DNA from: Thermoanaerobaculia bacterium
GTDB taxonomy: Bacteria > Acidobacteriota > Thermoanaerobaculia > Multivoradales > Multivoraceae
Reading direction: 5' to 3'
DNA: 64,000 nt
Assembly: GCA_963664405.1 (NCBI GenBank)
Contig: OY761158.1
Location: 4,416,001-4,480,000, forward strand
Part shown: positions 38,423 to 48,086 of the stretch, in pieces
How positions within the stretch are numbered: the first letter of the stretch is position 1
How the letters are laid out: each line of letters starts with the position of its first letter
Translations under genes and position numbers: made by a program
Notes under the pieces: model-generated
What the model saw: the letters and a program-made list of their open reading frames with translations, nothing else
Told to the model about the DNA's origin: nothing
Databases searched by the model: none

Positions 38423-38914
38423 TCATCGCTCGTCCAGCTCCACCCAATCGAAACCGGCTGCTTCTTCTTGGGGCACCATCGACTCGTGTATGCGCCACAG
38501 CAGCAAGCCATCTTCCGCCTCTCTTGTCTTGAGAAAGAGGAGAGTGGTACGGCGCGCGTGGCGAGAACGGGCAACGGCACGGGCACCGCTCTGTAGCTCG
38601 ATCACCTCCGCGACGACTACCTTCTCGCCCTCGAGGAGAAGCCTCGTGTAGCGGCGAGGTGTAGCGATGCGAATCTCGGTGTTGCTCCCCCACGCCGCAC
38701 GCAGATCGAGCCAGAAGGCACCGTCAACACTCGAGGCACCGTCGGTGAATACATAGGAAAGCTCGCTGTGGACCGCCCTCGTGATCTCGCCAAACGCCTC
38801 GTCCGTCTCAGGCACAGAACCGTTGAACCAGCCCTGGATACCGTCGTTGATAGCACTGAAGATGCGATGCACTGCGTCCTCGACGAGCGAAGACGAGCTC
38901 TCTCGTGGACACAT
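38423..38914 (-). CDS. NTF2/SnoaL-like (DUF4440-like) protein
   Basis: WFNG N-terminal motif and W..HES C-terminal motif. Confidence 0.55.
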   Translation of the reverse strand: MCPRESSSSLVEDAVHRIFSAINDGIQGWFNGSVPETDEAFGEITRAVHSELSYVFTDGASSVDGAFWLDLRAAWGSNTEIRIATPRRYTRLLLEGEKVVVAEVIELQSGARAVARSRHARRTTLLFLKTREAEDGLLLWRIHESMVPQEEAAGFDWVELDER

Positions 38915-39266
38915 CGGCGTACTCTCTCACAGGAGAGAGGCAGGAAGCGCACGATCGAGCGCTGTCGCAGGGCAGGGGCCCCCTGAACAGGCCTGCAGGG
39001 TCGCTCCGGCAACCGTTAGAGCTCTGAAAGAGAACCACTCCGATTCTCTGGCGCTTGCGACCATCTGGATCTGGCCCAAGGTCGGCGAGAGCTGGCCCCG
39101 AACACCCCGTAGGGTGCGATAAATCGGCCGAATGCTAACTCACGTGTCGAGAGCTAGTTGCAAGTCCCGTTGTGCACGAGAAAGCGGCTGATGCGAGTCA
39201 GGAGGAGGTCTCTCCGACCAGAAGATCCCGGAAGATCCCCGATCTTCTCCTCGCTTTCTGGCGAGA

Positions 39267-39520
39267 TCAGCCAGTGTGGAGCAGCAGCTCCAACTGGCCC
39301 AGCCCTGCAGCCCACTCCACCCAAGTGTTCAAAATAGCGATACTTGGGGTGTTCAAAATAGGGTTACTTGGGGATACCACACCATGTACCAGTCCGGTTA
39401 GGAGTCCTTCTGGCCTTGGTTCTGCTACCCATTTCGGCCTCAGCTCGCCTTCGACCTCAATCGGGCCAATCAGCTGCTGGACCACCTGTCGAGCCTGCGG
39501 CGTGTTAGCCCGGAGGATCG
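39267..39520 (-). pseudogene. C-terminal remnant of a large serine-recombinase-like gene reading into an att-like end
   Basis: ARQVVQQLIGPIEV..PEGLLTGLVHGVVSPS resembles recombinase tails ending at V/MASP att junctions. Confidence 0.45.
39325..39372. repeat. Two tandem 24-bp repeats GTGTTCAAAATAG(C/G)G(A/T)TACTTGGG
   Basis: Directly visible; 2 mismatches between units. Confidence 0.85.
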
Positions 39521-39766
39521 CGCGCCCCTCGCCCGGAAACGCACGCTCTCCTTCCTCGTCGAAGAGCCTCTTCCAGCGACGAAGCCGCTCCGGACGAATA
39601 CCAAGCTCGCGAGCTACCTGGCTCGAACTCTGCCCCTCTTCGCTCGCCAGACGATTGCCTGCTTCTTGAACTCTCGATCGAATCGCCGTCGCTTCGAACT
39701 CATTCGAACACCTCGTCGGCCCATTCTCAGGCCAATCTCGGTGTCCACCAAACCCGCTAGGGCTCA
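39520..39766 (-). mobile_element. IS3-family left end with frameshifted orfA fragment
   Basis: IRL TGAGCCCTAGCGGGTTTGGTGGACAC; MSSKRRRFDREFK...QVARELGI..LRRWK..AFPGEG. Confidence 0.8.
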
Positions 39767-39781
39767 CTCCGCCTCACATCA

Positions 39782-40549
39782 TCATGGCTTGAGGAGTGCT
39801 ACGGTGTCTTGCTGGGGATGGTCTCGCGCTGAGAGTACCTCATACGGAGTGAATCCCTCATGGTTTTTTTGAGTGCGATCAGCTCCGTGCTGAATGAGCA
39901 GCTCAGCAATGCGGACTCCAAGATTCATCTTGGCGACAATGTGCAGCGGTGTATTCCCCTCGGCATCCGTGATCGTGGGATCTGCACCACGGTCCAGGAG
40001 ACGCTGCGCTTTGTCCTCGTCCCAAGTCTGGGTGGCATAGTGCAGCGGCGTCGCGCCCTTCTTATTCTGAACCTGGACGACAGCTCCTTGCTCCAGGAGG
40101 AAGGTGAAAATCTCAATCGGGGTTGTCCGGGATGCCGACATCAGCGGGGTATTGCCGTGGCGATCGCGCGCTTCCACATCTGCCCCATGCGCGATGAGGT
40201 GCTTGGTGACCGCTAGGTTGTCCCGAAAAATCGCGTTGTGCAGCGCAATCCTCCCACCTCCACCCGTGTTCGTGTCGGCCCCCTGTTCCAAGAGCCACAC
40301 GGCCAGATCCGTATAGCCATGGGTGATGGCAATATTTAACACCGTATCCCGGTAGGGGGCGTTCCTCGCTTCAAGCTCCGCACCGTTGGCCAGCGCATCC
40401 TGGAGGGCACTGAGGTCACCGGTTTTTGCCGCGTCAAATGCCTGAGCCTGGATCGCATCCGGACTCTCCTCGGCCACAAGCTCAACAGACAGCCCCATCG
40501 CCACGAGCAGGCCTGCCATGAGACTGAACCGAGATGCTAGTTTCATCAT
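39782..40549 (-). CDS. Secreted ankyrin-repeat protein
   Basis: Signal peptide; GNTPL/GATPLH/GNTPLH repeats with LL.xGAD. Confidence 0.92.
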   Translation of the reverse strand: MMKLASRFSLMAGLLVAMGLSVELVAEESPDAIQAQAFDAAKTGDLSALQDALANGAELEARNAPYRDTVLNIAITHGYTDLAVWLLEQGADTNTGGGGRIALHNAIFRDNLAVTKHLIAHGADVEARDRHGNTPLMSASRTTPIEIFTFLLEQGAVVQVQNKKGATPLHYATQTWDEDKAQRLLDRGADPTITDAEGNTPLHIVAKMNLGVRIAELLIQHGADRTQKNHEGFTPYEVLSARDHPQQDTVALLKP

Positions 40550-40908
40550 TCCACCCAATGTTGAGCGATCCCGGCAGAGTCGGATCGCCGAAGAGGTCGT
40601 TACGGTCAACCGCACCGACTCCTTAGTATAAGCTCGATTTCTTTCAACCGGGGCAACGAGACTTACGACACTTGCCAGGCCGCTATCTTTCATCCTGAAC
40701 CCCTGGTCTTGCGCCGCCACTGCTCTCGTTGCATTTCTTCCTCGTCTGCGCGGCTCATGAGCGTGGCGCGAGTCCAGGAAGTCATGCTGAGGTGGGACGC
40801 CTCCGCTGCATCTCTGATTCTCTGGAACTTGGCTAAGCCGAAGTGGGTTGCGAGGTACAACAAGAAGCTCGCCAAGCAGGCGACGAAGGGACGGTAGAGG
40901 GTAACACC

Positions 40909-41172
40909 GTGAAACTAGTTGGGCAGCGTCTGACTGCAGCAGTCCGGCTTCTTTCAGGAATGATCAGTGGTCGTCACCTGAACGTCAAGGTCGACGTATC
41001 CCCTGCGGTCGGGGAGAATCTCTGGGAATTCGAGGACGCAAGGGACGACCTTGGCCGATTTCCGATAAGCCTCGTAATGAAACTCATAGACGGAGGGCTG
41101 CTCGAAAAGGATCTCGAGAGCGGCAACCTGTTTATCACTGACGAAGGGAGGCGCTGGCTAGGGGAGCCGTAG
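40909..41172 (+). CDS. Small hypothetical protein, winged-helix-like C-terminus
   Basis: KLIDGGLLE...FITDEGRRWL. Confidence 0.5.
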   Translation: MKLVGQRLTAAVRLLSGMISGRHLNVKVDVSPAVGENLWEFEDARDDLGRFPISLVMKLIDGGLLEKDLESGNLFITDEGRRWLGEP

Positions 41173-41645
41173 GGTGCGGTGCCGATGCGGCACGCGCGCA
41201 AGCCCCGAATCAGATCCACGCTCTGGTCACCAATGGACCCGCTCCCAGAGTCCCAAAGACAGGCCACCTCGATCTCCTTGTAATCGAGAGCCCACCTTTG
41301 CCCGCTGTCGCCATAGCGTTTGAGAGTCCAGGGGCATACGGCCTCCTGTCCCTGGGGCCCGAGGACTACCAGCTCAGCGACGACATCAAAGCCGACTCCC
41401 TGCATGCTGTCGAACACCTCGAGCTGGTCTAGGAGATCTCTGGCGAGTTCCTCCATCGCGAACCAACCGACACACCTCTCTACTTCACCCTTCGTGCCGT
41501 AGAGGTAGAAGTGTTGCCAGCCGGTGTTTCCGCCGGCGGCGTCTTCGCGGATGTCGTAGCGCCACCAGATTAGCGGGCCCGGGCGGGCGACTTCAGGGTC
41601 GAGGGGGTCGCGGGCGGCTTCTGTAGACTTGTCTAAGCTGGACAT
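40974..41645 (-). CDS. Hypothetical protein (cargo 2 of the HTH cassette); 3' end uncertain
   Basis: RBS AAGGAG; N-terminus MSSLDKSTEAARDP shared with 12856-13194; overlaps a convergent ORF. Confidence 0.6.
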   Translation of the reverse strand: MSSLDKSTEAARDPLDPEVARPGPLIWWRYDIREDAAGGNTGWQHFYLYGTKGEVERCVGWFAMEELARDLLDQLEVFDSMQGVGFDVVAELVVLGPQGQEAVCPWTLKRYGDSGQRWALDYKEIEVACLWDSGSGSIGDQSVDLIRGLRACRIGTAPYGSPSQRLPSSVINRLPLSRSFSSSPPSMSFITRLIGNRPRSSLASSNSQRFSPTAGDTSTLTFR

Positions 41646-41705
41646 AGGGGAATCTCCTTTGTCTGGTGAGGGCCTCGGGGGAGTCACTAGCTCCCCTGGT
41701 GCCCG

Positions 41706-41918
41706 TTATTCGTCGGCGCCGGTCTTCTTCGTCAACTCCAATCCCAGGTACTCGGCCAAGCGATCGAGCGTCGTGGTATTGAGCCCGCGCTCGCCACGCA
41801 TGAAGCGGGAAAGCTGCGAGTCGCTGACGCCGGTTTGCCTCCCGAGTTCGTTGAGAGACTCACCGCTCTCGGCGATCGCCTGCTTCACCTGGTTGCTGAT
41901 GATAAGGACGGGTGCCAC
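41706..41918 (-). CDS. Cro/C1-type (XRE) HTH protein
   Basis: Paralog of 13261-13464 (identical RGERGLNTTTLDRLAEYLGLELTKK). Confidence 0.88.
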   Translation of the reverse strand: MAPVLIISNQVKQAIAESGESLNELGRQTGVSDSQLSRFMRGERGLNTTTLDRLAEYLGLELTKKTGADE

Positions 41919-41929
41919 GGTTCCAGATC

Positions 41930-41959
41930 AGTCTAGGAGATAAGAAGATCTACTGTCAA
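41930..41959 (-). promoter_or_regulatory. Sigma70-type promoter (TTGACA-N18-TAGACT)
   Basis: Conserved with 13477-13506. Confidence 0.7.
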
Positions 41960-42059
41960 ATGGAAGTGCGTGCGCTGCGCACGACCATGTCCGCATAGAC
42001 ACGACCCGCAGATTAGAAAAGACCGCCGCTATCCTGTCCGACCACCTTTTGCAGGGTCT

Positions 42060-42135
42060 ACACGGATCCAGCCTGGAATCAATGACCTAGATCCTTTACG
42101 AGGATTACGAGATTTACGGGGCTCTCTGCCCTCTC
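42060..42135. repeat. Second copy of the att-arm-like sequence at 9305-9380
   Basis: GCCTGGAATCAATGAC(C/T)TAGAT, three TTACG units and CTGCCCTCTC all shared. Confidence 0.8.
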
Positions 42136-42278
42136 TAGGTACGCACAAAGGGCTCGCTCTTCGTGAGCCTCCCGTGGCCAACAAATAGCCTCTCAGCTAT
42201 AATGGGGTGCGAGGAGCACCTTTCTAGAGCGGAAGCCGAGTCTCGTCGCGACTAGGAAAGCAGAGGAGAGAGAGGCGA

Positions 42279-42938
42279 ATGCAGAGGACATCCGAGCGCC
42301 GCGTAGCACGCCGCATTTCGCGACGATCTAAGGTGCGTTACTGGGTCGGGGGGGACTCCTCGCAGGGCCGATACGGCTTTACCAACGACATCTCGTCTAC
42401 CGGAGCCTTCATCGTCACGCCCTACCCCTACAGGCGCGGCACCGAGATGCGCATGGAAGTGATGCACGGGAAGAACCCGTTGACTTTCGAGGCCGTCGTG
42501 ACCCGTCGCGTATGGGTCGCTCCGGACCTACGGCGCTTGGGCCCTTCGGGCATGGGCGTACGCTTCCAGACGCCTGAGGAGTTGGTGGCCAGACTCGGCG
42601 AGCAGGGAGAGGAGGCGAAGTACGGGATGGTCGAGGAGGAAGGCGTCTACCGCATCGCCCTCGACGAGGACCGCGTCCTCCTGGAGGTCTCCGCCAGCGA
42701 GATCGAGCTCGGAGGATTCTTCATTCCCACCGAGAGTCCCCCGCCTTTGAACACGGAGATCACGCTGGAGTTCCAGCCACCGGACGATGCCGAACCGATT
42801 CGAGCGGCGGCCGTGGTGGTGCAAAGAATCCCCGCTGGGCAGGCGCCGGGCGACCAACCGGCAGGCATAGCCGTAGCTGTCGCCGAGCCGGAGCAAGTGC
42901 TCGACCGACTGCGGCCCTACCTCGATTCGACGAGATAG
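42279..42938 (+). CDS. Tandem PilZ-domain protein
   Basis: ERRVARR (RxxxR), DISSTGAFI (DxSxxG), GMGVRF; second degenerate PilZ with GGFFIPT. Confidence 0.85.
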   Translation: MQRTSERRVARRISRRSKVRYWVGGDSSQGRYGFTNDISSTGAFIVTPYPYRRGTEMRMEVMHGKNPLTFEAVVTRRVWVAPDLRRLGPSGMGVRFQTPEELVARLGEQGEEAKYGMVEEEGVYRIALDEDRVLLEVSASEIELGGFFIPTESPPPLNTEITLEFQPPDDAEPIRAAAVVVQRIPAGQAPGDQPAGIAVAVAEPEQVLDRLRPYLDSTR

Positions 42939-42960
42939 CGGCGAAGCTGGGTATGAGCCC

Positions 42961-43768
42961 CTGTCGCTCCTCAAAACAGATCCGCCTGTGAAATCAACAG
43001 GTTGGAGCGCGAGTCCTTATCGCCGGGGCGATTGGCTGATGCGTCACCGAACACCTTCCGTCAGCCTGTGCGGCCATGGCCAAGCTCTTTCTCATGGTAG
43101 TCACGATCGTTCTCCGAGCGCTCCGACTCGTCTTTCGGTCGCGGTCCGAGCTTGTTCTAGAGAACATCGCCTTGAAACAGCAGGTCGACGCGCTGAAGCA
43201 GAAGCGACCTCGCCCGCAGCTGGACGACGCCGACCGCGCATTCTGGGTGGCGACGAGAACAGCGTGGAACGGCTGGGCCGAACGCCTCGTCATTGTGAAG
43301 CCGGAGACCGTTGTGAAGTGGCACCGCGAGCGTTTTCGGCGCTACTGGGCCGAGATCTCCCGACACAAGCCGTGCCCAGGGCGGCCGAGAGTGGACAGGG
43401 AGATCCGCGAGCTGATCCGCAGGATGGCTCTGGAAAACAACTGGGGAGCGCCGCGAATTCACGGTGAACTGGAGAAGCTGGGCTTCAGTGTCTCCGAGGC
43501 CACCGTCTCCCGGCACCTGCCGCGACGGCCTGCGAATGCCGATGGGGTCCAACGGTGGTTGAGTTTCCTGCGCAACCACAAGGAATGCATCGCGGCGATG
43601 GACTTCTTCACGGTCCCGACCGCCTCGTTGCGTGTCCTGTACTGCTGGTTTGTCATCCACCACGACCGACGACGGATCCTCCACTTCAACGCCACGTTTA
43701 ACCCGAGCGCCGCCTGGGTCATCCAGCATCTGAGGGAGGCGTTCCAGCAGCGTTCGGCTGGCTGCTAG
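42961..43768 (+). mobile_element. Truncated rve-type integrase/transposase element (ORF 43076-43768)
   Basis: LENIALKQQ, VKPETVVKWH, WGAPRIHGEL, AMDFFTV; stops before the second D and the E of the DDE triad. Confidence 0.85.
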
Positions 43769-43824
43769 GGTGCCAGCCGAATGTTCCGGGGACGCGATGG
43801 CGCCAGGCCGTCAACTTTTTCGGG

Positions 43825-43839
43825 TGGCACCCAGTTAGC
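43825..43839 (+). promoter_or_regulatory. Possible sigma54 -24/-12 promoter of rtcB
   Basis: TGGCACCCAGTTAGC has exact GG-N10-GC spacing, 70 bp before the ATG. Confidence 0.45.
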
Positions 43840-43909
43840 CTTCTTCCTGAGGGACTATCGGGCGGCCGCCCGCGTTGGGGACGGGAGAGTGGCTTAGTTG
43901 GAGGAGTCA

Positions 43910-46453
43910 ATGATCTTTGGCGACCATCAACCGAACACCCTAGAGCAGTTCGACGACATCGCCTCAAGAGCTGACCACGCGGCTTTGATGTCGGACGGCC
44001 ATCTCGGCTACATCATGCCTGTCGGTGGGGTCGCCGCGTACAAGGATAGGGTGTCTGTGTCCGGGGTTGGCTACGACATCGCGTGTATCGCTGCCGGCAC
44101 CCCTGTGTCGCTAGGTACGGGATCGACGCTTCCCGTTGAAAGCGTGCCTCCTGGGGGACCGATTGATTGCTGGGATGGCTCTATTCGACGAGCTGATCCG
44201 GTCCTGGGGTCTGCCGAACGTGGCCGAAAGCACGTAGTCCGGCTGACTCTCGCGAACGGCAGGCAGGTCGTCTCGACGCCAGATCACCGAATAATGACCA
44301 CGGACGGCTGGTGTGAAGCCGGCTATACCTCTGGTCAAAGTGTGGCCGTACGCCCGTTTGTCGGTACGCCGTGGCATCACTCCGACAGATCAGTCGAAGA
44401 GGTTCGCATTCTTGCCTATGTGTCAGGAGACGGCCATCTCACGAAAGATGGGAAGCGAGTCTCCATCTATACGACGATAGAGGCTGACGCCACCACTCTT
44501 TGCCGCGAGCTGGCGGTGCTCGGTTTCATGCCGAAGATCTACCGAAGAGATCGCGGAGCGAGGCGAAAGACAGAGATCCACGTATGTACAAACTCGGTCA
44601 TCCTGCATCAGAGGCTAGCCGATCTCGGATCTCCTGTTGGTAAGAAGGCATGGCCCAAAGATCCTATGCCGTGGCTGTTTAGCGAGCCGGCGTGGATTCG
44701 AGCGCAGTTTCTCTCGTCGTTTTTCTCTGCGGAAATGCTCGCTCCGAGACTGTCTCCTGCCGGGTGGATGCCGAATCTCGCAGTCAAGCAAGCTGACCAG
44801 AACGCAATTGAATTTATCGGGAGATTGCTAGATTCTCTGGGGTACGAGACGTCCATTGGCAAGAGTGCATCCAACTGGGTGTTGCAGGTTGTCGGCGGCC
44901 ATGAAGCGGGCTTACTTCTACTGGAGGAGATCGGCTTCTGCCATTGTGCCGAGAAGAGAGTGGCGTCTGCGTATTGCTGCGCTTCCCTATGGGCGGGGCG
45001 CAACCTTGTTGCCAACCGTGAGGCAGCCAAGGCCGAGGCCAGACGACTAACTGCCGCTGGCGTTGGTTACAAAGAAGTGATGTCCGAAGTCTCCAGAGAG
45101 TACGGAGTGACGCAAGGCTTTGTTCGTCATGCGATTTACGACGAGCGCGGAAAGTCGAGACGCCCGCCCGGCCACCAAGCCGACGCGATGAGCACGTTCG
45201 GAGAAATCGTCTGGGTGCCGGTTGTTTCGGTCGAGAGCGATGGACACGCGTCGGTCTTTGATGTCGTCACTGACGACCCTGCGCAGTCGTTCCTGGCGAA
45301 TGGAGTCGTGGTCCACAATTGCGGTAACGCAGCAATTAAGACCGACCTTAACCGCCGGGACTTCGAGGCCGAGGAGTTGGAGGTCATCGCCGACGAGATC
45401 GCGAGCGAGCTCTCCTTCGGCATCGGCAGGAAGAACACCAGCGACGATGCCCCCGCTGGCGCCCCGCTCTTTGAGTCCGATGCCTGGTCAATCATCCCCC
45501 CCAAGCACCGGGGCAACCTCAAGGCTAAGGCTCGCGACCAGCTCGGTACGATCGGCAGCGGCAACCACTACGTTGACGTTTTCTATGATGACTCTGAGGC
45601 CATTTGGGTTGGTGTTCACTTCGGCTCACGAGGCTTCGGGCACACCGTGGCCTCGAGCTTCCTTGCTCTGAGCCAAGGCGGTCGATGGGGCGAGCGAGTC
45701 CCGGAAGCTGAGGCGCTGCTAGACGTGGGCACAGCCCTCGGGCAGAACTATCTCGCGCTCATGGCGCTGGCGGGCGACTACGCCTATGTCGGTCGCGAGT
45801 GGGTTGCTCGCAAGGTCGTCGGCATCCTCGGCGGCAACGAACTCGATCTCGTCCACAATCACCATAATTTCGCCTGGAAAGAGACGCACTTCGGCCAGGA
45901 GTACTACGTTGTGCGCAAAGGCGCGACGCCGGCGTTCCCCGGACAGCGCGGCTTCGTGGGTGGCTCGATGGGCGACGACTCGGTCATCCTGCGAGGGAAC
46001 GAACACCCGAACCCAACCCAGGCGATGGCTCTCCACTCGACCGTCCACGGTGCCGGCAGAGTCATGAGTCGCACCGAGGCCGCCGGCAAGACTAGGCGCC
46101 GGAAAGTCTGGTCGTGTGGACAGCGCGACTGCGCCCTCGAAATTCCCTTCGGTCAGGTCTCGAGGGGGAGCGATGGGTCTAACCCGCGCTGCAAGAACTG
46201 CGGGTCGAAAATGAACCTCCGAAAGTTCCGCGAGACGAAGACCGGCAAGGTCTCCCCGAAAATGATGCGCGACTGGCTCGACGAGAAGGGCGTCATCCTG
46301 CGCGGCGGTGGCCTCGATGAGTCGCCTCACGCCTACCGCCGACTGCCCGACGTACTCGCAGCCCAAGGCGACACCATCATCGTCGAGCACGTCTTGCACC
46401 CGCTGATCGTTGTGATGGCTGGGGCGGATGAATTCGACCCATACAAGGACTAG
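43910..46453 (+). CDS. rtcB: RNA ligase RtcB containing an intein
   Basis: MSDGHLGY, GVGYDIA/CGN, GTIGSGNHY, VHFGSRG, HNHHN, RKGATPA, STVHGAGR, FDPYKD. Confidence 0.95.
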   Translation: MIFGDHQPNTLEQFDDIASRADHAALMSDGHLGYIMPVGGVAAYKDRVSVSGVGYDIACIAAGTPVSLGTGSTLPVESVPPGGPIDCWDGSIRRADPVLGSAERGRKHVVRLTLANGRQVVSTPDHRIMTTDGWCEAGYTSGQSVAVRPFVGTPWHHSDRSVEEVRILAYVSGDGHLTKDGKRVSIYTTIEADATTLCRELAVLGFMPKIYRRDRGARRKTEIHVCTNSVILHQRLADLGSPVGKKAWPKDPMPWLFSEPAWIRAQFLSSFFSAEMLAPRLSPAGWMPNLAVKQADQNAIEFIGRLLDSLGYETSIGKSASNWVLQVVGGHEAGLLLLEEIGFCHCAEKRVASAYCCASLWAGRNLVANREAAKAEARRLTAAGVGYKEVMSEVSREYGVTQGFVRHAIYDERGKSRRPPGHQADAMSTFGEIVWVPVVSVESDGHASVFDVVTDDPAQSFLANGVVVHNCGNAAIKTDLNRRDFEAEELEVIADEIASELSFGIGRKNTSDDAPAGAPLFESDAWSIIPPKHRGNLKAKARDQLGTIGSGNHYVDVFYDDSEAIWVGVHFGSRGFGHTVASSFLALSQGGRWGERVPEAEALLDVGTALGQNYLALMALAGDYAYVGREWVARKVVGILGGNELDLVHNHHNFAWKETHFGQEYYVVRKGATPAFPGQRGFVGGSMGDDSVILRGNEHPNPTQAMALHSTVHGAGRVMSRTEAAGKTRRRKVWSCGQRDCALEIPFGQVSRGSDGSNPRCKNCGSKMNLRKFRETKTGKVSPKMMRDWLDEKGVILRGGGLDESPHAYRRLPDVLAAQGDTIIVEHVLHPLIVVMAGADEFDPYKD
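44084..45319 (+). mobile_element. 412-aa intein with LAGLIDADG-type homing endonuclease
   Basis: Starts CIAAGTPV; TPDHRI (block B); ILAYVSGDG and FLSSFFSAE (blocks C/E); VFDV..SFLANGVVVHN/C terminus. Confidence 0.95.
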
Positions 46454-46667
46454 ATGCCTAGCTTCTCTTCCACGCCATCAATCGCAGCCGGCCTGGGGCC
46501 CTCCACTGAATGAGCATAGCGAGCCACCCTTGGGTAAGTCTTGATCCCAAGTGCGTGTTTAGTGTCGCGAGGTTGGCCCCCGTAGCCTTCGGCTGCTTGG
46601 GTGGCACCTCGTGGTCAGCTGATTCTGCCGACTAGCCCTGCACCCTGGCTCGCGAGAGCTGCCACAC

Positions 46668-47915
46668 TCAGCCGATGTCGACGGCGCGCCGGAGGCTCCG
46701 GCGTGACTGGCTGGCCCGCCCGACACGCTGGATTGCGAGGACGAGGGCGGCGGTACGAAAGGCGACGCTCTTCTCTGTCGCTACCGCTTTGACATCGCGA
46801 TAAGCCTTGCGCATCTTGGTCTCGAGCTCTCGGTTCACGCGATCGAGATCCCACCGAAAGCGCTGGATGTTCTGTGCCCACTCGAAGTAGCTCACCGTAA
46901 CGCCGCCCGCGTTGGCCAGGATGTCGGGAACGATGACCACCCCGCGGTCGGCTAGGAGGGTGTCGGCCGCGGGCGTCGTGGGACCGTTGGCCGCTTCGAC
47001 GACGACCGAGGCCTTGACGTCGGCCGCGTTCTCTTCGGTCAGCACTCCCCCTAGCGCCGCGGGAATGAGGACGTCGGCGTCCCAGGCCAGAACTGCCGAC
47101 GACTCGAAGGCCTCGCCGCCTTCAAAGCCGGCAACCGTTCGGTGTTCAGCGACCCACTCGCTGAGGGCCCGGACGTCGAGTCCGCCCTCGTTGGCGATGC
47201 CGCCGGCATGGTCCCCCACAGCGACGATCTTGGCCCCGCGCTCCGCCATCAGGCGGGCGGCGTGGCTTCCGACGTTGCCGAAACCCTGAAGGGCGACTGT
47301 CACATCGGCGAGGCTACGACCCTGATCGGAGAGCACTTCCTCGAGGATGTACATGACGCCGCGCCCGGTGGCTTCTTCCCGGCCCTCCGACCCGTGAAGG
47401 TCGAGGGACTTCCCCGTCACGACGCCGGGCGAGAAGCCGTTGTATTTGGAGTACTCGTCCATGATCCAGCCCATCACTTGCGCATTGGTGTTGACGTCAG
47501 GGGCTGGGATGTCGAGGTTCGGGCCGATGATCTCCTTGATGCAGCTGACGAAGGTCCGGGTGATTCCTTGCAGCTCCATTCTCGAGAGCTTCCAGGGGTC
47601 GCAGTTGATCCCTCCCTTGGCACCTCCGAAGGGAATGTCCACGACTGCAGTTTTCCAGGTCATGAGACTGGCAAGCGCAGAAGCGTCGTCTTCGTCGACG
47701 GTCGGGTGGTATCGCAGTCCACCCTTCATGGGGCCCCGGGAGTCGTTGTGTTGAACCCGGTAGCCCAGATGATGGAGAAGCTCGCCATCGTCGCCCTCGG
47801 TGACGATTTCGACCTTCACGATCCGTTTTGGGGTGGTGAGGATCGTTCGCAGCTTCTCGGAGAGGTCCAGAACGTCCGCGGCCTGGCTGAAGTAGTGGCG
47901 GGTCTCTTCGAGCAT
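46668..47915 (-). CDS. gdhA: Glu/Leu/Phe/Val dehydrogenase (glutamate dehydrogenase)
   Basis: GPMKGGLRYH, MTWK, PFGGAKGG, DIPAPD, QGFGNVG, EAANGP, ANAGGVTVSYFEW. Confidence 0.93.
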   Translation of the reverse strand: MLEETRHYFSQAADVLDLSEKLRTILTTPKRIVKVEIVTEGDDGELLHHLGYRVQHNDSRGPMKGGLRYHPTVDEDDASALASLMTWKTAVVDIPFGGAKGGINCDPWKLSRMELQGITRTFVSCIKEIIGPNLDIPAPDVNTNAQVMGWIMDEYSKYNGFSPGVVTGKSLDLHGSEGREEATGRGVMYILEEVLSDQGRSLADVTVALQGFGNVGSHAARLMAERGAKIVAVGDHAGGIANEGGLDVRALSEWVAEHRTVAGFEGGEAFESSAVLAWDADVLIPAALGGVLTEENAADVKASVVVEAANGPTTPAADTLLADRGVVIVPDILANAGGVTVSYFEWAQNIQRFRWDLDRVNRELETKMRKAYRDVKAVATEKSVAFRTAALVLAIQRVGRASQSRRSLRRAVDIG

Positions 47916-48086
47916 TTCATCCCCCTAGTTGTTCTTGGCGAGGCTTGGATTGTACCCGCAACCTTCGGCTGATGTAGGTGCTGGCCTCCCGGTGCCGCAG
48001 CCGTGCGGCCTCTGGACCCAGACGCCAAGATGCTCCCCAAAAGTACCACGCGAATAGTTCAGGCCCTGAGGTAACCTCACCCCATT

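Noticed and set aside
39267-39767. 166-aa ORF as a real gene
   Set aside because: Chimera of an IS3 end, an orfA fragment and a recombinase tail
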